Shown piece by piece: positions 9,843 to 18,736 of a stretch of DNA of 64,000 nt. The stretch's first letter is position 1; each line of letters begins with the position of its first letter. The notes beneath the pieces are model-generated. The model was not told the origin of the DNA. It did no database searches and saw nothing but the letters and a program-made list of their open reading frames with translations. A program made the position numbers and the translations under genes. Source of the DNA: a virus (lineage: Duplodnaviria; Caudoviricetes); the IMG/VR virus record IMGVR_UViG_3300021368_000010, positions 1,333-65,332 of that record; one strand, 5' to 3'.

Positions 9843-12337
9843 CCAAATAAAAATTCTAGATTTGCGACCTTTTCAGTTTGCCAACCAATTGTGTCCATAA
9901 TCACCTTAATGGGGTCCAAGAAACTCTTGGAGAATTGTAAGTCATAGTCCACATGTTTGTCAAGCCCAAGTTCTTTGGGGAATGTTGCCAGATAACTGAT
10001 AACATTCTCACCAATTTTATTGGGAGTTTTAAGATACACAAACTTAATCTTTTCACCATCCTGAATCAATGGATACTTGTGAGTGAGTTTGTTCTTCTTG
10101 TTATGAAAGTTGTAAAGCAATGCGCCTCTCACATGAATGGGTGTGCCTTTACTATAGATAGTCGCTGGGTTCGACCACTTATTTATTCCATTACACCCGC
10201 GAGGAAAAGAAACATCTTCAACCGGTAACGAAGAGAATTTATCTCTAAAGTCAGAGATGAATTTCTGTGCAGATTCTTCGTCCAGATTCATGATAACTGT
10301 CATACACTCCTTAATTGCGGTGCGACATGCACTAGGAGTAGAGGACTTAACTGCCTCCAGACCCATGATCTTGAGTTTAGGTTTCTCATAACGAACACCC
10401 TCACTATCCCAGACATTGAGAATGTAGCGTTTCTTAGCAGTCCAGATGCCTTTGTTAGCGATGTTCTCTCTCTTCATGAACATCTTCTGTTCATAGGCAC
10501 CGACATAATCTGCTAGTTCCTTGTACGATTTGTCGATGAATGGTTCGATTCGATCCTTACACGCTGCATTGAGAAAACTGACGATCCTCTCTTGAGGAAC
10601 ATCTTGTACATCAAATACTGAACGAACAAGTAGATCAAGACAGATATAGATGCTGTCAGTATCACTGGCGATAACATAGTCGTGATTCTCCGTTTTGAGT
10701 AGTTTGTTTAGGTAACTATTTACTTTTCCTTCGATCCAACGAATCGAGACTTGACCCGAGAGAGTGATCGCCTCAGCATTTGCCAGATTGTAATATCTGA
10801 AGTATTGGTTTCCGATGGCACCATAGGCAGAGTTGAGTTGGATCTTTCTTGCCATTTGGATGTTGTTGAACTTTGAGATATCCTTTTGAAGTGCCAAGGT
10901 CTCTGATGTTGTCTTGGCATGTTCCAAGGACTGCTTAGAGGCAAGCATCCTTTTTTTATAAATGGTTCGTTCATCGTAGATCTTCTGCATCATTTCAGGA
11001 AGGAATCCATGAATGTCCTTACGATACTGAGCACCGTTAGCACATACACAATACTCCCCATCAATATCTAGCGTTTCCTCAAGGATTCGATCAACCGTTG
11101 CTCTGGGATGTCTCGCCTCAATGAGGGTCTCTGGCGAGATATTGTACTGCATAATAAGGTGAGGGTAGAGACTATTAAGGTCAAAACTAACAACCCAATC
11201 ATACTTTCCCGGAACCGGTTCCTTGACATAAGCACCTGCATACTTTTCATCTTTCTTTGCTCCTTTCTTAGGCGGAACTACAACTTTTCTATCTGTAAGA
11301 TAGTTATAGATCATGGTGTCCCACATACGGACCTGACTATACACATCCTCAAAGTTGACCTTAGCATCGTAACTCATTGTGATAGCAAGTTCAAGAAGTT
11401 TCATCTTATCTTCCAACTTGTCAATGAGTTCAACGTCTTGAATATTATACTCTACGAACTTTTGCCAGTCTCGGGTATAAAAATCTTTGAAGTTCTCGTA
11501 TTCAGAGTGATCAACTTTTCTCTGCCCGAGTTCGACGAAAGCGATATGGTCAAGTCGGTAAGACTCTTGATTTGTGTATGTAAATTTACGATATAGATCG
11601 AAATAGTCAAGAATATTAATACCAGAGATATCGTAAGCAATATTACGGCGTCCCTGTACATAGACTTCTCTTTCATTTGCTCTGCCCCAAGGTGACAATG
11701 ACTTCATCCATTTCTCACCGAGAACACGATTGACTCGACGAGCAATATAAGGAACATCATACAGGTTGATATTCCAACCAGTCAGAATATCAGGAGTATT
11801 TTGTGCCCACCAACCTAGAAAATGATTTAGCATCTCATTTTCAGTCCAAAAAATATTTGCTTTAACTCCCTTAGGAACATCAAATTCACGAGTTGCCCAA
11901 ACATAATACTGTTTGCTGACCATATCTTTGATAGTAATGGTCAGCATTTCTTCTGCTGCCTCATCGACATTAGGGAAACCGTTCTCACACTGGACTTCAA
12001 TATCCAGTGCAAAGATTTTCATCTGAGGAATGCTGTATTCAACTTCATTAGGAAACTCCCGACGAATATATTGATATACAAATCTCTCATATCCATGAAC
12101 CTCAAATCCTTCTACACCATCATATTGAGTGATAAATTCTCTCGCCTTCCTAGCAGTTTCAAACTTCAAGGGTTTAACATTACGACCATCAAGGGTTTTA
12201 AACTCCTCTTCTTTGTTTGAAAGAACATAAAGAGTTGGAGAATAATGAGTACGAAACGACACAGGTTGTCCATCCTCATATCCTCGATACAGAATCGTAT
12301 CGCCAGCAAGTTGAATGTTGGTATAGAATGAACTCAT
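9839..12337 (-). CDS. g43: DNA polymerase gp43 (family B)
   Basis: DIEV exonuclease motif, SFDLNSLYP, KIQLNSAYG, ASDTDS, KKRY. Confidence 0.98.
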   Translation of the reverse strand: MSSFYTNIQLAGDTILYRGYEDGQPVSFRTHYSPTLYVLSNKEEEFKTLDGRNVKPLKFETARKAREFITQYDGVEGFEVHGYERFVYQYIRREFPNEVEYSIPQMKIFALDIEVQCENGFPNVDEAAEEMLTITIKDMVSKQYYVWATREFDVPKGVKANIFWTENEMLNHFLGWWAQNTPDILTGWNINLYDVPYIARRVNRVLGEKWMKSLSPWGRANEREVYVQGRRNIAYDISGINILDYFDLYRKFTYTNQESYRLDHIAFVELGQRKVDHSEYENFKDFYTRDWQKFVEYNIQDVELIDKLEDKMKLLELAITMSYDAKVNFEDVYSQVRMWDTMIYNYLTDRKVVVPPKKGAKKDEKYAGAYVKEPVPGKYDWVVSFDLNSLYPHLIMQYNISPETLIEARHPRATVDRILEETLDIDGEYCVCANGAQYRKDIHGFLPEMMQKIYDERTIYKKRMLASKQSLEHAKTTSETLALQKDISKFNNIQMARKIQLNSAYGAIGNQYFRYYNLANAEAITLSGQVSIRWIEGKVNSYLNKLLKTENHDYVIASDTDSIYICLDLLVRSVFDVQDVPQERIVSFLNAACKDRIEPFIDKSYKELADYVGAYEQKMFMKRENIANKGIWTAKKRYILNVWDSEGVRYEKPKLKIMGLEAVKSSTPSACRTAIKECMTVIMNLDEESAQKFISDFRDKFSSLPVEDVSFPRGCNGINKWSNPATIYSKGTPIHVRGALLYNFHNKKNKLTHKYPLIQDGEKIKFVYLKTPNKIGENVISYLATFPKELGLDKHVDYDLQFSKSFLDPIKVIMDTIGWQTEKVANLEFLFG

Positions 12338-12579
12338 GCCTTGGTATAGGTCTCCAGCAGTTTAGGACTTGGATCCAGTATAGTAAAAATCACTTCAGAA
12401 GTCAAGAACAAATCTCTCTGCTGGGTGAAATCAGGAAAAGGTTTAATCTCATCCTCACTGATCACAGTATAACAGTTGCCGATGAATAAACTTGGTTCCT
12501 CATCCAGTTGTTCCACTGTCCCGATCAGATACTCCGGGCGATCCTTCAATAGAATTAACTTCACCTGTGAATCTTCCAT
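12334..12579 (-). CDS. Small hypothetical protein (possible Sm-like fold)
   Basis: 81 aa; coupled to g43 by ATGA. Confidence 0.7.
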   Translation of the reverse strand: MEDSQVKLILLKDRPEYLIGTVEQLDEEPSLFIGNCYTVISEDEIKPFPDFTQQRDLFLTSEVIFTILDPSPKLLETYTKA

Positions 12580-12931
12580 TTGCTTTCTCCACTAATTCGT
12601 TGTACTTGTCAATAATTTCCGGATATGTTTCATAAATGGTAAGAACATCTTCCGGTTTCACCATCAAATCTTTTTTGGAAGCAAATGGTGCCCATGGTCT
12701 CATGTCAATATCTGGTTCAATTTCCTTAAACTCATCAACGAAACTTTCTGTACCAGTTGTATCATCAGTTTCAATATCAAGAGGAAATTGATCTTCATCT
12801 AAAATTGCAAGGTTGTAAGGATTTTTCAACTGAAATGCAATTACCTTATCAGGATATTCTTTTGTAGAAACTTCAAACAGATCGCAGATGATGTCTTCAC
12901 CGTTTTTTAGTCTTGCGATTCTTACGCTCAT
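12500..12931 (-). CDS. Hypothetical protein (possible Sm-like fold)
   Basis: GGAGGA RBS before MSVRIARLKNGEDII; RPWAP motif. Confidence 0.75.
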   Translation of the reverse strand: MSVRIARLKNGEDIICDLFEVSTKEYPDKVIAFQLKNPYNLAILDEDQFPLDIETDDTTGTESFVDEFKEIEPDIDMRPWAPFASKKDLMVKPEDVLTIYETYPEIIDKYNELVEKANGRFTGEVNSIEGSPGVSDRDSGTTG

Positions 12932-13127
12932 AATTCCTCCTCTCAATTTCTAATACAGATTGCTTGATAATGTCTTTAAGGATTTTAAATTCTTCGACAT
13001 TTTTTTCTACAGAGATAGGTCTGACATACCTAAGAAGTTCATCAGTGTATGATGTTGGCACTTCTACAGTAACTAGATCCGTCTCGCCATCATAATTATT
13101 CGGTTTTAGATTTACATAAACATTCAT
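12897..13127 (-). CDS. Hypothetical protein
   Basis: GAGG RBS before MNVYVNL. Confidence 0.65.
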   Translation of the reverse strand: MNVYVNLKPNNYDGETDLVTVEVPTSYTDELLRYVRPISVEKNVEEFKILKDIIKQSVLEIERRNYERKNRKTKKR

Positions 13128-13141
13128 GGTGTACCTCAAAC

Positions 13142-13170
13142 AAAAAAGAGACCCCCAGGGGAGGTCTCTT
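13142..13170 (-). terminator. Rho-independent terminator after pstS
   Basis: Minus strand AAGAGACCTCC-CCT-GGGGGTCTCTT, the 3' arm running into a T tract. Confidence 0.8.
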
Positions 13171-13194
13171 CTGTTGTATTATTATATATACAAC

Positions 13195-14175
13195 TTATTT
13201 GAGTGTGTCAACAGCAGCGAGTGCTTTCTGACGAAGTGACTCAGGAAGAGGAACATAACCAAGGGAGTCTGCCTTCTGTTGCTGAGTAGGTGTCAGCATC
13301 CAGCGAAGCATATCCTTCACATTATCATTCTTCTCATACTCAGGGTATGCCAGAATCCAAGTCAAGGAGACGATAGGATAAGCATTGGCACCAGCAGGGT
13401 TAGCATCAGCACCACGAAGTTGATCGTCAAGAACGATCTCACCAAGACCAGCAGAAGCAGTCTCAGCAGAAGCGGTGACATAATTACCTGCCTTGTTTTG
13501 AATGGCGACCTGTTGAAGATCGCCCTTCACATAACCATAGTTTACATAACCAATAGAACCAGGGGTGTTGGTGATACTAGCAGCAACACCGCTGTTACCC
13601 TTAGATCCAACGCCAACAGGCCACTTCACAGACTTACCTGTGCCGACTGTCTTCTTCCACTCAGGAGAGAATGCCGACAGGGAATTCGTGAATCCCTTCG
13701 TAGTGCCGCTGCCATCGGATCGATGGACGGTAGCAATACGCTTATCAGCACAACCGAAGTAAGACCAGTTGTCAATCTTACCGAGGAAAACATCTGCCAG
13801 ATCGGTTTGGGTCATCTTGACTTCACAACCAGGATAGTTATAAGTCGGGACGATCGCACCGCCCGTCATAGGAATGTGAACCATTCCCTCAGCAGGTTGT
13901 TTCTTATCACTCACAGCACCATCGCTGGCACCAAAGTCAACGGTCTTTGCTTTGAACTGACGGACGCCAGCTCCACTACCAACTGCTTGATAGTTGACTT
14001 GGTTTCCAGTCTTATTAGCAAGATCTACTAACATGTTGTTATACAACATTGCGGGGAAAGAAGCACCGGCACCATTAAGGGTGTAGGTCTCCTTTGCTTT
14101 CTCAGAGGTGGACCCGCAGGCGACCACCAGGGGTGCTGCCACTAGGGCAGCAGCGATTGCTTTGAGTTTCATCAA
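13195..14175 (-). CDS. pstS: Phosphate ABC transporter substrate-binding lipoprotein PstS
   Basis: Lipobox LVVAC; GAGASFP, GSGAG, DFGASD, HRSDGSGTT motifs. Confidence 0.97.
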   Translation of the reverse strand: MMKLKAIAAALVAAPLVVACGSTSEKAKETYTLNGAGASFPAMLYNNMLVDLANKTGNQVNYQAVGSGAGVRQFKAKTVDFGASDGAVSDKKQPAEGMVHIPMTGGAIVPTYNYPGCEVKMTQTDLADVFLGKIDNWSYFGCADKRIATVHRSDGSGTTKGFTNSLSAFSPEWKKTVGTGKSVKWPVGVGSKGNSGVAASITNTPGSIGYVNYGYVKGDLQQVAIQNKAGNYVTASAETASAGLGEIVLDDQLRGADANPAGANAYPIVSLTWILAYPEYEKNDNVKDMLRWMLTPTQQQKADSLGYVPLPESLRQKALAAVDTLK

Positions 14176-14183
14176 TCAGTACC

Positions 14184-14543
14184 TCAGAACTTGTACTTGG
14201 TTCCGAGTTCAACTTTCCAGTCACGAGTATCATCTTCTTGGAAGAGATTCTCAAACTTACCATAAGCAGCGAGTTGATCGGTGATTTTAACTTTGCTACC
14301 TACTTCCAAAGCGTAGAAGGTTTCAGCATCACCAGCATCGGGGACAGAGCGACCGATACCACCTTCGATGTAAGGTGTGAAACTACCAAGTTTGGTTTCA
14401 TATCCAACGCGACCCTGATGGACTTGCTTGGAGAAGTCCTCGTCAGTGCCCTTAAACTCATGCTTAGATTCGACATAAGGACCAGCGAAAGCAGGTGTCG
14501 CCAGTGCAGAAAGTGCCAGTGCGGCAAGTGCAATTGTTTTCAT
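14184..14543 (-). CDS. Small outer-membrane beta-barrel-like protein (DUF680-like) upstream of pstS
   Basis: Signal peptide MKTIALAAL...AFA, amphipathic beta pattern, C-terminal KYKF. Confidence 0.75.
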   Translation of the reverse strand: MKTIALAALALSALATPAFAGPYVESKHEFKGTDEDFSKQVHQGRVGYETKLGSFTPYIEGGIGRSVPDAGDAETFYALEVGSKVKITDQLAAYGKFENLFQEDDTRDWKVELGTKYKF

Positions 14544-14593
14544 TTTTTTTATGTGTGAAGTATACTTAGGTGCCCACGCATGAGCACCCATGT

Positions 14594-14638
14594 AATATAG
14601 CATACTTCTGCCCAAAATTGGGTTATGGGTAATTTAAG
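14594..14638 (-). promoter_or_regulatory. Pho-box-like repeats plus extended -10
   Basis: Minus strand CTTAAATT-acc-CATAACCC-aat-TTTGGGCA (11-bp period), then TGcTATATT. Confidence 0.55.
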
Positions 14639-15089
14639 ATTTTGAATCGATCTCGTATACCTTGAGTTTCTGGTGATCTGGGATAATTTTCTTTAACTCG
14701 ATTGTCAGCATTCCATTATTAAATGCCACTTCACCAATCTCAACATCATCCGACAAGTTGAAACCTCTAGCGAAGCTACGAGTGGAAATACCTCTGTGCA
14801 TGTATTCCTCTTCCCCTTTACTCTTCGCTGTCTTAGACCTGATTAGGAGGACGTTCGATTCTGTAGAGACTTCAATCTCGTCCTTCGACCAACCAGCAAG
14901 TGCTACTTCAATCCTCCATTTGATATTCGATTCCTGTACAAGATTGTATGGGGGATATGATTCGTTTGCTGTGCCCATTCCATAAGAATGCAGCCTGTAA
15001 AACATGTCGTCTAGTCCAACGCTGTATTTTTCTGCAGCGTCTACGATGGCACCAAGATCTTTCGTGCCGAACTTTCTAAGTCCTGTCAT
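14634..15089 (-). CDS. hsp20: Small heat shock protein Hsp20
   Basis: SYPPYN, EVALAGW, HRGISTRSF, NGMLTI; start MTGLRK with AAGGAG RBS. Confidence 0.95.
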   Translation of the reverse strand: MTGLRKFGTKDLGAIVDAAEKYSVGLDDMFYRLHSYGMGTANESYPPYNLVQESNIKWRIEVALAGWSKDEIEVSTESNVLLIRSKTAKSKGEEEYMHRGISTRSFARGFNLSDDVEIGEVAFNNGMLTIELKKIIPDHQKLKVYEIDSKS

Positions 15090-15096
15090 TTGTATG

Positions 15097-15180
15097 CTCC
15101 TTAAATAAGCGAGTTTTATTGTGTGGTCCCCGAAGGCAACCTGGCGTTGAAGGGGTTCGGTAACGAACCAAACCTCCAAC
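15097..15180 (-). promoter_or_regulatory. Structured 5' leader of hsp20, ROSE-like thermometer candidate
   Basis: Three hairpins; the last is CUCGCUU-AUUU-AAGGAG and occludes the SD. Confidence 0.55.
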
Positions 15181-15239
15181 GGTTTTATTTAGTAACACTA
15201 CAGCACAGTTTATGGTACGGTTACTACTAAATAAGACCG
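15180..15239. promoter_or_regulatory. Back-to-back divergent late promoters (CTAAATA) in a 15-bp inverted repeat
   Basis: cggttttatttagta (15180-15194) and tactaaataagaccg (15225-15239), 14/15 match. Confidence 0.65.
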
Positions 15240-15287
15240 AAAATTATAATTTGCCTATATACAATACACCCATACGAATGGAATAAA

Positions 15288-15776
15288 ATGAAACTATTTC
15301 TTCCTCTCGTTATGATTTTAGTGGCAACTCCTGCATATGCAGACATGACTACAAGGATGTCTTCCAGTGTTCAGCTTACTGTAGATTCTCCATCTGTAAC
15401 AACGAACCGTTTGGCGTCATCTTATAGCGTAAGCGGTAATAATATTACTCCATCTACTGTAGGTGGACTTGGTTCACTTACTTCTGGTAGTGCAGTTGGT
15501 TATACTCCCACTGCATATGGTCTGACTACAGACGGAGATGCGTATTCCTTTACAGAGTCCTTTATCGAAGGTGATGCTGTAGGAACTTCTCAGACTGCTC
15601 TTACTACTGGTCAAATCGATCAACCTGTTCTCTACGGCAACTCCACCAGCTTTATTGGCGGTACTGCAGGCAATCTTGCTGGTAGTATCGATACTGCTGG
15701 CAGCATTTCAGTCACTGCAGGGGGAGCTGGTACAAGTGCTACGGGACAATTCGTTTCGGAGATCACCGTTCGATAA
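15288..15776 (+). CDS. Secreted/virion hypothetical protein
   Basis: Signal-peptide-like N-terminus ending PAYA; S/T/G-rich. Confidence 0.75.
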   Translation: MKLFLPLVMILVATPAYADMTTRMSSSVQLTVDSPSVTTNRLASSYSVSGNNITPSTVGGLGSLTSGSAVGYTPTAYGLTTDGDAYSFTESFIEGDAVGTSQTALTTGQIDQPVLYGNSTSFIGGTAGNLAGSIDTAGSISVTAGGAGTSATGQFVSEITVR

Positions 15777-15788
15777 GCGAGGTTAGCG

Positions 15789-16226
15789 ATGTTTAAATAT
15801 ATACTTGGTGCCGTTTCTATTATTTTAGTGGCACCATTTTCTTCTTTAGCAGTTCCTGTTGTTCCGAACTTCACTCAAGGATCTTTAACCAGCCGAACAG
15901 AAACAACTAGTAAAGTTGTTGAAACTATCAACTCAATGGATTATCAAACAGGTTGGCAATATTCAGTAACTGGTAAGAATATCAAAACAGATTCACCATT
16001 GTCTCCTAATGAGACAGTAACAACTACACAATCTATTAATGGAGTGAACTCAACATGGACAGGTTTGAGCGCGAACGACAGACCATCCTGGCAACTGGTA
16101 TCGCCGGGAGCAGCGTTTCAATTCACAGAGACCTACAGCGGTCCAGGTCTGAGCAACCAAACAATCATCAACCGAGAAACAACCGTAGAATCGGTTACAG
16201 ATACTACAAGTATATTCCAGCAGTAA
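15789..16226 (+). CDS. Secreted/virion hypothetical protein
   Basis: GAGG RBS; signal peptide then VPVVPNFTQGS. Confidence 0.75.
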   Translation: MFKYILGAVSIILVAPFSSLAVPVVPNFTQGSLTSRTETTSKVVETINSMDYQTGWQYSVTGKNIKTDSPLSPNETVTTTQSINGVNSTWTGLSANDRPSWQLVSPGAAFQFTETYSGPGLSNQTIINRETTVESVTDTTSIFQQ

Positions 16227-17095
16227 TTTTAAGTGCGTTACTTCCTTCGCAAGCACTGGCAGAAACTATTGGTGGTGTTTCTGCTACTGCGAGTCCTGTC
16301 GCCAATAGTTCTGGCAGTGTCACTAATCAAGCCATCCAGGTTCTTCAAGGTCCCTACATCACCAACACCTATGGTGGAGGAATCCAATGTCAAGGTCCTA
16401 CGCTAAACTTTACCCCATTCATAACTGGTTCAGTATCGGCACAAAAACCATATGAACCATTTTTCAATGATCCTGTATACGATGTCACTGATAATTTCGG
16501 TGCCTTTGATGCTGACGGCAGACCAATTGGAGATGGAGTTTTAGATAATCCAGGAGATGTTCTTTTCTTCAAACGCACAAGAACAGGACAAAAGGATAGT
16601 TACAATTTAAGTGCTGGATTTTCTGCTACATGGTCCAGACCTTTAGATAAGAAATTACAAGATCAATGTAAGCAGGCAGCATCAGCAAACATCGATATGA
16701 TGGAGCAACTAACTGCCAATAAGAGACTTGACTTTGAGATCGCCAGACTTAAAAATTGTGGAGAATTATTAAAGGCTGGAATTAGATTTGCACCCGGTAC
16801 AAGATATGCTGCTATTTGTGCAGATGTACAGGTGCTTGGTAAAAACTTTATCGCACCACACCGCCACTCTATCCCTTCTTCTTCCTCGGAAAAACAGAAC
16901 GGAGAGTCCGAACAGCAGAGCTCAACTGACGCTGCTCTTCTTGGCGCTCCTTTACGCTCAAGACTGGGGGTTTCTTACCCCTTAAAGAGGCAATCTTCTT
17001 CACCACTTTCTTCGTCGCAGGTTTCACCACTCTTAACAAAAGATCAGCAAAGGGTTTTGCAAGCAGTGCCGAAGTCGTTGCCACAACAGCAATAG
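16055..17095 (+). CDS. Secreted hypothetical protein; true start uncertain
   Basis: Signal-like segment YKYIPAVILSALLPSQALA begins ~50 codons after the only ATG; Cys-containing C-terminal domain. Confidence 0.7.
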   Translation: MDRFERERQTILATGIAGSSVSIHRDLQRSRSEQPNNHQPRNNRRIGYRYYKYIPAVILSALLPSQALAETIGGVSATASPVANSSGSVTNQAIQVLQGPYITNTYGGGIQCQGPTLNFTPFITGSVSAQKPYEPFFNDPVYDVTDNFGAFDADGRPIGDGVLDNPGDVLFFKRTRTGQKDSYNLSAGFSATWSRPLDKKLQDQCKQAASANIDMMEQLTANKRLDFEIARLKNCGELLKAGIRFAPGTRYAAICADVQVLGKNFIAPHRHSIPSSSSEKQNGESEQQSSTDAALLGAPLRSRLGVSYPLKRQSSSPLSSSQVSPLLTKDQQRVLQAVPKSLPQQQ

Positions 17096-17669
17096 ATGCT
17101 GTAGTTGTAACCTTTCCAGCATTAGGAATGTTACCAATAATTTGATCGGGAATAGTCAGTTGTTCTGTCACCATCAAACATTCCTTTCCAACTAACTCAT
17201 AACCCGTAATTTTTTCATTACCCTGTAGGATTTTTCCTACAGGGTTTTTTAATTGCTGTTCTCTAGTAGGACATTCAATAATTGCAGACTGTATCTGAGG
17301 TGCTTTAGGTGCAGAAACTTCGGGAGTAGGTGGAGTAGGTTTTTCTGGAGACTGAGATTTTACTTTGGGTACAGGTGTTGGTAAATTTTGATTGGGTTCA
17401 AAGTTAATAGGATTGAATGATGGCGTTTGTCCATCACAAAGAACTAGAGTTCCTTTTGGATCATCCTCTAACAACTGTGTATTTTTTGGATTCCTTTCCT
17501 TGTTTGCTTCTACACATCCAGGAATATTGACAATAGGAACTCCTATCTGTTCAGTTACAGGAACAGATGGAGGAATTGCTTGGGGTGGTGATAATAACCA
17601 GGAAGGTGTTTGAGGAATATTGATATCTCTCACATTAAGATCGCTAATACTAATATCCTTAATTTCCAT
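16869..17669 (-). CDS. Proline-rich membrane-anchored hypothetical protein
   Basis: 266 aa; PGCVEA/LCDG Cys pair; hydrophobic segment followed by a basic tail. Confidence 0.75.
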   Translation of the reverse strand: MEIKDISISDLNVRDINIPQTPSWLLSPPQAIPPSVPVTEQIGVPIVNIPGCVEANKERNPKNTQLLEDDPKGTLVLCDGQTPSFNPINFEPNQNLPTPVPKVKSQSPEKPTPPTPEVSAPKAPQIQSAIIECPTREQQLKNPVGKILQGNEKITGYELVGKECLMVTEQLTIPDQIIGNIPNAGKVTTTASIAVVATTSALLAKPFADLLLRVVKPATKKVVKKIASLRGKKPPVLSVKERQEEQRQLSSAVRTLRSVFPRKKKG

Positions 17670-17782
17670 TATTCTTTAAAGAATTCAATAATTGCTGACC
17701 AGGCAGAATGAAAAGCAACATAGAGAAAAAACTGATCTGTGGCATCTTTTTTCGCTTGCTTTCTATATGTAGACTGTGCCAT
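17669..17782 (-). CDS. 37-aa microprotein (MAQSTYRKQAKK...)
   Basis: Not in ORF track; TAATG coupling to the next gene; TAAATA upstream. Confidence 0.6.
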   Translation of the reverse strand: MAQSTYRKQAKKDATDQFFLYVAFHSAWSAIIEFFKE

Positions 17783-17855
17783 AGTTAAATTGCAGTTAAT
17801 GCTATTTAACGATTCTCACCAACTTTTAATTAAGTATTACCTTATTAAAAGAAAG

Positions 17856-18500
17856 TCAACAATCGTTAAATACAGATCCAACTTGCGAACCTAATTCAGA
17901 TCCCAATTTCTGACCCAGTAACAATGCCCATCCGCCTGCTAACCATCCCACATAAGGGATGCTAGAGAGGGCAGGAGCAGCGACACCAGCAGCGATGGCA
18001 CTACCTGCTGTTGCACCTTGTGACCGTGCTCCAGCGTCCGCCACGATGCACTCTACTTCTTTTGCAGACTTTCCCTCAGAGTCCACTGCAGCGCCTCCTA
18101 GGTTGCGTGTGCCTTGACGAGTGTACTGATCACGGCGATACTCAGTTCGCCTCTCAGATCCTCCTCCAAAAAATCCTCTCTTTTCTTTATCAAGATCAAG
18201 TGATCTTTCTGATTCTAATACTTTCGGATCATCTGAACGATACTCAATCGTATATCCATCCTTTCCTGCTTGGATTTTATACGATGAATATGGTCCCCGA
18301 GGAATATTAATTACAGGAGGTTCCTGTATCTTTGCAGTAGGTCTCAATACATATCCCAACAATCCAATATGTGCTAGGGCAAATGCAGAACCTACTGCAA
18401 TAGCAATAGTTTTCATAGGAACCTCTTTCTTCTTTACAGGTTCGGGATAATAATCTCCAGGTTGTTCTGGAGATTCATCCTTATGCCAAGGTGTTTTCAT
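17856..18500 (-). CDS. Membrane protein with C-terminal glycine-zipper-like segment
   Basis: N-terminal TM segment; GATAGSAIAAG...GWLAGGW...GSELGSQVG. Confidence 0.75.
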   Translation of the reverse strand: MKTPWHKDESPEQPGDYYPEPVKKKEVPMKTIAIAVGSAFALAHIGLLGYVLRPTAKIQEPPVINIPRGPYSSYKIQAGKDGYTIEYRSDDPKVLESERSLDLDKEKRGFFGGGSERRTEYRRDQYTRQGTRNLGGAAVDSEGKSAKEVECIVADAGARSQGATAGSAIAAGVAAPALSSIPYVGWLAGGWALLLGQKLGSELGSQVGSVFNDC

Positions 18501-18502
18501 GG

Positions 18503-18736
18503 TCAGAAGGGGATAGCAGGACCAGTTGTTGTAGGTACTTTGGGAATTTCTGGCAGAGAACTATCAAGAAGACCGGGAAGTGAGTCGGTGATTGCACCAG
18601 TTACAAGTCCAGTAAGTCTTTCTTGTGCTTCAGATTTCCATGTATCCATGTTTACATAAACATAAACCCCACTCCCGATGACTGCCAGTGAGGTCAGTCC
18701 CGAGAGCAGGGCAACAGCGTTAATCAGTTTTTGCAT
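18503..18736 (-). CDS. Small single-TM protein
   Basis: 77 aa, hydrophobic N-terminus. Confidence 0.7.
   Translation of the reverse strand: MQKLINAVALLSGLTSLAVIGSGVYVYVNMDTWKSEAQERLTGLVTGAITDSLPGLLDSSLPEIPKVPTTTGPAIPF

Noticed and set aside
9839-12337. Possible intron or intein in g43 (also considered g41, g17, g20, g23)
   Set aside because: ORFs are continuous and of normal length, with no evident intein motifs
13279-14031. 250-aa plus-strand ORF antisense to pstS
   Set aside because: Antisense shadow with no independent signals
15090-15179. N-terminal extension of Hsp20 in the ORF track
   Set aside because: A strong SD precedes the ATG at 15089; the upstream part is a structured leader
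15121-15180. GGTTCG-containing hairpin resembling a tRNA T-arm
   Set aside because: No cloverleaf, anticodon arm or CCA end; it is part of the hsp20 leader
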